Positions 58,707 to 64,000 of a stretch of DNA of 64,000 nt are shown here, piece after piece. Position numbers and translations under genes: made by a program. The notes beneath the pieces are model-generated. The model was not told where the DNA came from. It did no database searches and saw nothing but the letters and a program-made list of their open reading frames with translations. How positions within the stretch are numbered: the first letter of the stretch is position 1; each line of letters begins with the position of its first letter. The DNA is from Fistulifera solaris (taxonomy: Eukaryota). Where the stretch lies: positions 434,001 to 498,000 of the forward strand of contig AP026172.1 of assembly GCA_030295235.1 (NCBI GenBank), given 5' to 3'.

Positions 58707-61131
58707 TCAAATACTACTCGTCTCCAACAGATGCAGAACAATCAGTTGCATCCCCGTGCGCTTTTGCAACGAGGACGCGGTATTGTCCAAATCCCGGCCG
58801 GGCGCCAAACTGTTCACGCACACGCGCGCCACCTTGGCGGCCGTCAACAAGTTGCGATCCCGAAAGGCCAACACGTGACGGAAAAACGAAATCACATACA
58901 CAAAGATATTGTAATGAATCGGAGGAAGATCTTCGATCAGTCGTCGGGCACTTGATTGAATCGTTTGCGAGTCAATTTCGACCGTAGGAAATAACTTGGT
59001 CGGTACTACCGGAGAAGAAAGACTGGAAAGGAGGGACACCAAAGTGTCGGCATAGGAATGGATGGAATAACGCCCAAAGGCCGTTCCAGTGTCGAGACAT
59101 TCGCGAATGTCGGCTGTTTCTTCGGGGATGCCCGCTTCCACAAACAAATGAGGTTCGGCCAGGCCTTTTTGGTAAATGGCATCAATGCAGCGCCAGAGCT
59201 CTTTGGGAATACACAGCGCTGTACTCGTGTTGGTCGGGTCAATCTTCTTGGCCCGTTCCAGTGGATCAATGGGAATACTACGGATCGGTTCGGAATACAT
59301 GACGAGCTCATCGGCTGCCATACCAAAACAAGACCGCGCAAACGATGCTTTGACCGTGATGTAATAGTCACGACCATCTTCCAGACGGAGAATCACAATG
59401 TCATCCAAAACCTCTCGTCCCGAATTGAGTAATTGGGCCGTGTAGCTGTCAATTGTAATGGTGAAAGTCACCGTCAAAGGTGGATCACCGGGCACCAACA
59501 TGCCAAAGGCCGGCTTGACCGAGAGCCAACGTTTGCAGATACCGACCTGTCACCGAGGAGTTCAGAAATGCGGCATCCACCGGCTACAAAGCCAGAATCA
59601 TTCACGTACCTCATCGGTTTTGGGAACGAACCGAAAAATAGCCACGACACTCCCAATGTTCGTGATACGAATCGATAAAGTTTTGCGTTCCTGGTAACGT
59701 ACGGGTCCCAATTCCAACGCCACTTGATCCAATTCAATGACCGGAAGCGTTTGAGGATTCTCATAGCGACTCAATAAGGCATTCAACTCGGCATAAATGG
59801 CTTCCCGTTTCTCTTGAATAACATCCTTGACGGTCAATTGGAGGGAACTGTACACGGGTTTGTGATCGGAACAATTGGGTCGTTCACTTCTTTGATAGGT
59901 CAATTGCTGCACGTGTTCGGCTTGTTGAGACATCCACAAAATGCGATCACACCATGCCGGCGCTCGTAACTTCTTTTCGGGACGCTGTTCGTACATATCG
60001 GTGCCGGGTTGGTACTTGTAGGTTGGCGCAAAGTGCAAGACCCCTTCCTGAAATCCGGTAAAGACCCGACCGGCGGCGCGTTCCATATTCAATTGATCCA
60101 ATTGACGCAACTCGGGTGGGACACTGCGCGAACTTTGACATGTTTCCGACAATTTCAATATGTGTTCTGTGGGCATGGATTCATCAATTCGATAATTGAG
60201 ATCACCCAACCAAAAAGTATGATCATGATCGGCCAAGCCGACCGTCGTGGATTGACTGGCAAAGTGCGACAACGACCCGGACCGAATGACTTCTCGAATG
60301 GCGGCCTCCCCGACATCGAACGTGGTCTTGGAAAAGACATTGGCAAAATCGGCATTCCGACCGGTGACATTCTCGCGATGTGCGGCCAAATGACTGCACA
60401 CAAAGCACAAGGACGAATCGTAAAATTGCAACCGGACACTGACACCTCCCTTGTTGCCCATCATGCCCATGACACCGACTCCCACTTGACTCGTTTGAAC
60501 GTACTGGACTTTGGGATAATGGGGAAATCGTACAAAGACACAAATCAACAATCCGACCATACTTTTTTGCGCCACCAGTACATAGCGACGCTGCGGATCC
60601 TGATTCGCGTGTTGATTGAGAGTGAAGTTCAATCGTTCCGTCCAAAACTGCGAACGTTGTTGGGTTTTGTTATCGACAGCGACATTGACGGCATTGAGAT
60701 CGACAATTTCTTGAAAACCGACGGCGACCAAATCGGGCAATCCCTGGGAGGTCCAATCAGCGCACAACCATTCGTCGAGGGGTTCTACTTCTTTGCCTTT
60801 GGCATTGACATTCCAGGTGCCTGTAAATACGAGTGCCTGCGTCAAAGTGGAAAAGAGATTGAGTATAATAATAGGAAATACGACACGACAAAAAGTACCC
60901 GGTTCGTCGTTTCTTCCATTTCGGCTTTCCTTTGCTACTACGATCCATCCATACCTTACGATATTGCGTAAATTCCTCTTGTCGTGCCCGCACTTTACTG
61001 TAAATCCAAATATCCCGTATTTTCGCAATCGCTTCCTTGTTGCGGACCCTTCCATCTTCGGTTTCTTCATCCGGTTGAAGTGGCACCAATACTTCATCTT
61101 CGATGGGTTGGAGTGTAGTTGCTGCTGCCAT
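58707..61131 (-). CDS. OCRL: Inositol polyphosphate 5-phosphatase, OCRL/INPP5B type (5-phosphatase, ASH, RhoGAP-like); introns 60837..60954 and 59547..59609
   Basis: FTGTWNVN, VGFQEIV, GNKGGVSVR, FWLGDLNYRI, PAWCDRILW and SDHKPV; then DDIVILRLEDGRDYYITV and CIPKELWRCID...IRECLDTG. Confidence 0.9.
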
Positions 61132-61668
61132 GCTTGAATTCTTTTCTTCCTTTCTTTCGTTTTCGAGCCGCGGAGAAGTTTATTATTGTCGGTAATGTGT
61201 GATAGAATGGAGTACGGTACGGTACCACGTAGTCAAAGCTCTGTATCTCACTCAGTACGGGTAACTCCTGTTCATCTCTTCATCTAAAAAATACAAGGAT
61301 CCTCCTTTTTCACATATTATCGTCGCGTTGTTTTTTTAGTATTTGGCGTTGAAAATAAAAAGCTGAAAGCTCTCTCATCGCCGGATATTCGTTGGAGTTT
61401 GATCACGTTTTTGACTAAATAATTTGGTTACGGTGGTGTACTTTTGGAGTACCGTTCTATTGGATCGTGACTCGAAACTCGTGATACGATAAAAGCAATC
61501 ACGACAAATGAAACAACATAGGAAACGAACGAACAATACCAACAGTACCTGGTATAGCTATTATTATTTATTTTTTGTGATGAGTGTCAACGATAACATT
61601 CACTTCTTACTTCCTACACATCCCATACATGAACAAATAGAGTAATTAATTAATTAATTAACAACAAC

Positions 61669-62805
61669 ATGCCGACCTTCCAATCCATCCGTATGCATCC
61701 GCAATTACGTCTCGTATCGGGCGATCACGTCATTATTGAAACACCACAAGCCCTGTTGTCGCGTCATCCCGCGCAGTTGCAATTGTTGCGCGATGATGAG
61801 GAAGATGGCACTGGGCAAATACTCGCGTTACCCGTGATTGAAAAACTACGGCACGAAGTTGCACAAGCGCTCATTGAACAATCGTTCACCGGACAGCGGG
61901 TTCGTGAAATTGAGCAACGCATCCTCCAATGGACCGATAATGACAATGACGACACAACAACAACAACAACAACATCCATCCGCTTTCCCGGCACGGTATC
62001 TCTGCACCAATTACTCCAATACGAAACGACAATCCGACCACCAAACCCTCTTACGACCGGATGTCCTACTTTAGATACATGGCTGGATTGGGGTCTCGTT
62101 GTACAAATCGCGGGTCCATCAGGTACGGGGAAAACACAACTCGTCTTGCAACTCCTGGCCCAGAATGGGGGTCACTACTGGTCCAGTGATCCAGCTTTGC
62201 GATCCATTGCCAAACGCTGGCAAGAATTGGGTTCCAGTAACGAAAAAGAAGTTTCCTTTGCTTACGTACAAAATGAATACGATTTGTTGCGGCAATTACA
62301 GAAAATCATCACGTCCGATCACGCCCCGCCCATCCTCGTAATCATCGATTCCTTTTCGACGTGTTTGACCAACGTGGAATATTCAGATACCTATATGCGT
62401 CAACAAATCACCGGTGTATTGCGATCGGTCGCTCAACATTACCAGATAACCATAGTTCTCGTCAATGGGACCGTCGGGGCGGCCAAACACGACACTTCGT
62501 CAGTGGTCGAGAATGACAAAAACGAAAACGACGACAACGACAACGACAACGACAGCATCGACAACGACGACGATGACGAAAAAGATCCTCCAAACGTCTT
62601 TCGTTCTTCTGCTAGCAAACCGGCCCTTTCATGGTGGAACGTAGACGATATTCGGATATGGATGGAGACTGCGGCAGATCAACGTACTGTACAAATTCGA
62701 TTGGATCGACATCTCACGCGAAGACAGAATGAAAGGTTGACGGTGCGGATCGATCGTGCCGGAGTAACGGAATTCGTGACGACAACACGATTGTGCGATG
62801 CGTGA
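61669..62805 (+). CDS. RAD51 paralog (RecA-fold; RAD51D/XRCC-like)
   Basis: LTTGCPTLD, Walker A GPSGTGKTQL, Walker B LVIIDS, KPAL..W and a C-terminal IDRAGV, with a D/N-rich insertion. Confidence 0.7.
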   Translation: MPTFQSIRMHPQLRLVSGDHVIIETPQALLSRHPAQLQLLRDDEEDGTGQILALPVIEKLRHEVAQALIEQSFTGQRVREIEQRILQWTDNDNDDTTTTTTTSIRFPGTVSLHQLLQYETTIRPPNPLTTGCPTLDTWLDWGLVVQIAGPSGTGKTQLVLQLLAQNGGHYWSSDPALRSIAKRWQELGSSNEKEVSFAYVQNEYDLLRQLQKIITSDHAPPILVIIDSFSTCLTNVEYSDTYMRQQITGVLRSVAQHYQITIVLVNGTVGAAKHDTSSVVENDKNENDDNDNDNDSIDNDDDDEKDPPNVFRSSASKPALSWWNVDDIRIWMETAADQRTVQIRLDRHLTRRQNERLTVRIDRAGVTEFVTTTRLCDA

Positions 62806-63119
62806 GGCGGCGGTGTAGGACAACGAAGAAGAAGGGCTGCCATCTTGGTCTCTCCCAGTCCTAATCTTTTGATCATGTTGTAAAGAACTGGTAACGCTAT
62901 CACGATGCACACGAATAATAATTTACGAAGCTTTATTCCGTAATTTCTTTTCACCATCAAAAAGCATTACTCCAGTATTTGTCTGTTTTTAATTGTAAAG
63001 GAATAGAGAGGATCAACATGATCCACTCCTCTGAGAGCTGTACTCGACGAAGACTTCCCTTCGCATTTCACAATCTTGAAAGTATCAATCATGCCATTAT
63101 CTCCTTTTTCCTTCGTCGT

Positions 63120-63449
63120 TTACTTCTTATTACGCACAAACGGATTCTTCAAATTCAGTTTCTTTGGATGATGATTCTCTTCTTTTAAACGCGTCATGAC
63201 ACCCTGCATCCGCACATTCGTCGTGTCACTACTACCACTCGACACAGCCGACTGCCGCGCCATTTGCAGTTCGGCCATGCGTTCTTGACGATCGTTTGAT
63301 TTCTCGACCAACTCTTTTTCCCGGGCACGAGTGCGTTGGTTCAGTTGAAAGTTGCGTTTTGTTTTCTGCCCTTCTCGTACGGCTTCTTCTCCCGCTCGAT
63401 ACGTTCCGTATCCTACGGCACCGAGTGCTGCGGCGGCTAATAGAACCAT
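63120..63449 (-). CDS. Small hypothetical protein (N-terminal hydrophobic segment plus coiled coil)
   Basis: MVLLAAAALGAVGYGTYRAGEEAVREG..., 109 aa, with coding-like composition. The upstream ORF extension lies in microsatellite/UTR sequence. Confidence 0.55.
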   Translation of the reverse strand: MVLLAAAALGAVGYGTYRAGEEAVREGQKTKRNFQLNQRTRAREKELVEKSNDRQERMAELQMARQSAVSSGSSDTTNVRMQGVMTRLKEENHHPKKLNLKNPFVRNKK

Positions 63450-64000
63450 GGTGTGAAATAGTAATGCAAAGAAAGGATAAGACAGAAAAATAGAGAGAAC
63501 GTTCTGTATGAAATGTAAACAAAACCCCCGTCCCAGAGAAGTGAGTGAGTGAGTGACTCTTGTTTGCGTGTGTGTGTGTGTTTTTTCCCCGCAAACTGTC
63601 CAGTTTTTTGTTTTCCCCCAAAACGAGCCGCACCGTGACACGCGAGCCGCGCCGACACGAATTACTTCTCACGTAATTATAAAACAAGTTCATAAGTACC
63701 CGTACGATGGCGGCTGTTTTCTCGTCCGTCGTGAGTTGTTCGTGACTTGTTATACTTTGTACGTAGTAAAAGGGAATGGCGACATCCAATTCTCGCATAC
63801 GGAAATGAACATAGAAGCATACAGGTGCCCACACTTTATCGTCAACTATAGACAAGAAAAATGATGCGTTTGACAGATTTCGAACAAGGCTCTCAAACAT
63901 TATGTCGTGTTCTACAAGATGAAAGAGGAGGCCGTGCCTTACTGCAATGGTCTTCGCTGTTGATAAAGAATGATAGCATCTATTTGCAACATCCGCCGGT

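Noticed and set aside
60009..60971. 320-aa plus-strand ORF
   Set aside because: It is antisense to the conserved OCRL catalytic domain and has no recognisable motifs.
63232..63900. 222-aa minus-strand ORF and the upstream extension of the 173-aa ORF
   Set aside because: They run through (GAGT)n and (GT)n microsatellites and AT-rich UTR-like sequence. Only the ATG at 63449 gives a plausible protein.

Overview
Gene-dense eukaryotic nuclear DNA, most likely from a pennate diatom. This is inferred from short GT-AG introns, signal peptides followed by ASAF-like plastid motifs, and diatom-type HSF, TPR and ankyrin-like families. The window holds about 30 protein-coding loci and one tRNA-Leu(UAG). 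Many ORFs are broken by single-base indels in homopolymer runs, which looks like long-read consensus error rather than real pseudogenisation. The highlights are: (1) a ~13.8 kb gene of about 4,400-4,500 aa, split over many ORF-track fragments, with the architecture SH3 - unknown region - DUF3638/DUF3645 SF2-like P-loop ATPase - EF-hands - Vps62-like domain; (2) a compact REC114/PHS1-like meiotic double-strand-break gene, head-to-head with Eco1/ESCO and close to a RAD51 paralog; (3) a four-copy tandem array of ankyrin-like paralogs, at least one decaying; (4) an organelle-targeted protein made of four repeats resembling the CysRS anticodon-binding domain; (5) an Hsp70 with only the nucleotide-binding domain and a large charged insertion; (6) CNOT11 and a CAF16-like ABC ATPase sharing a bidirectional promoter. 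An ATG2 ORF running off the left edge is missing from the ORF track. All family calls come from motif recognition by eye, not from database searches.
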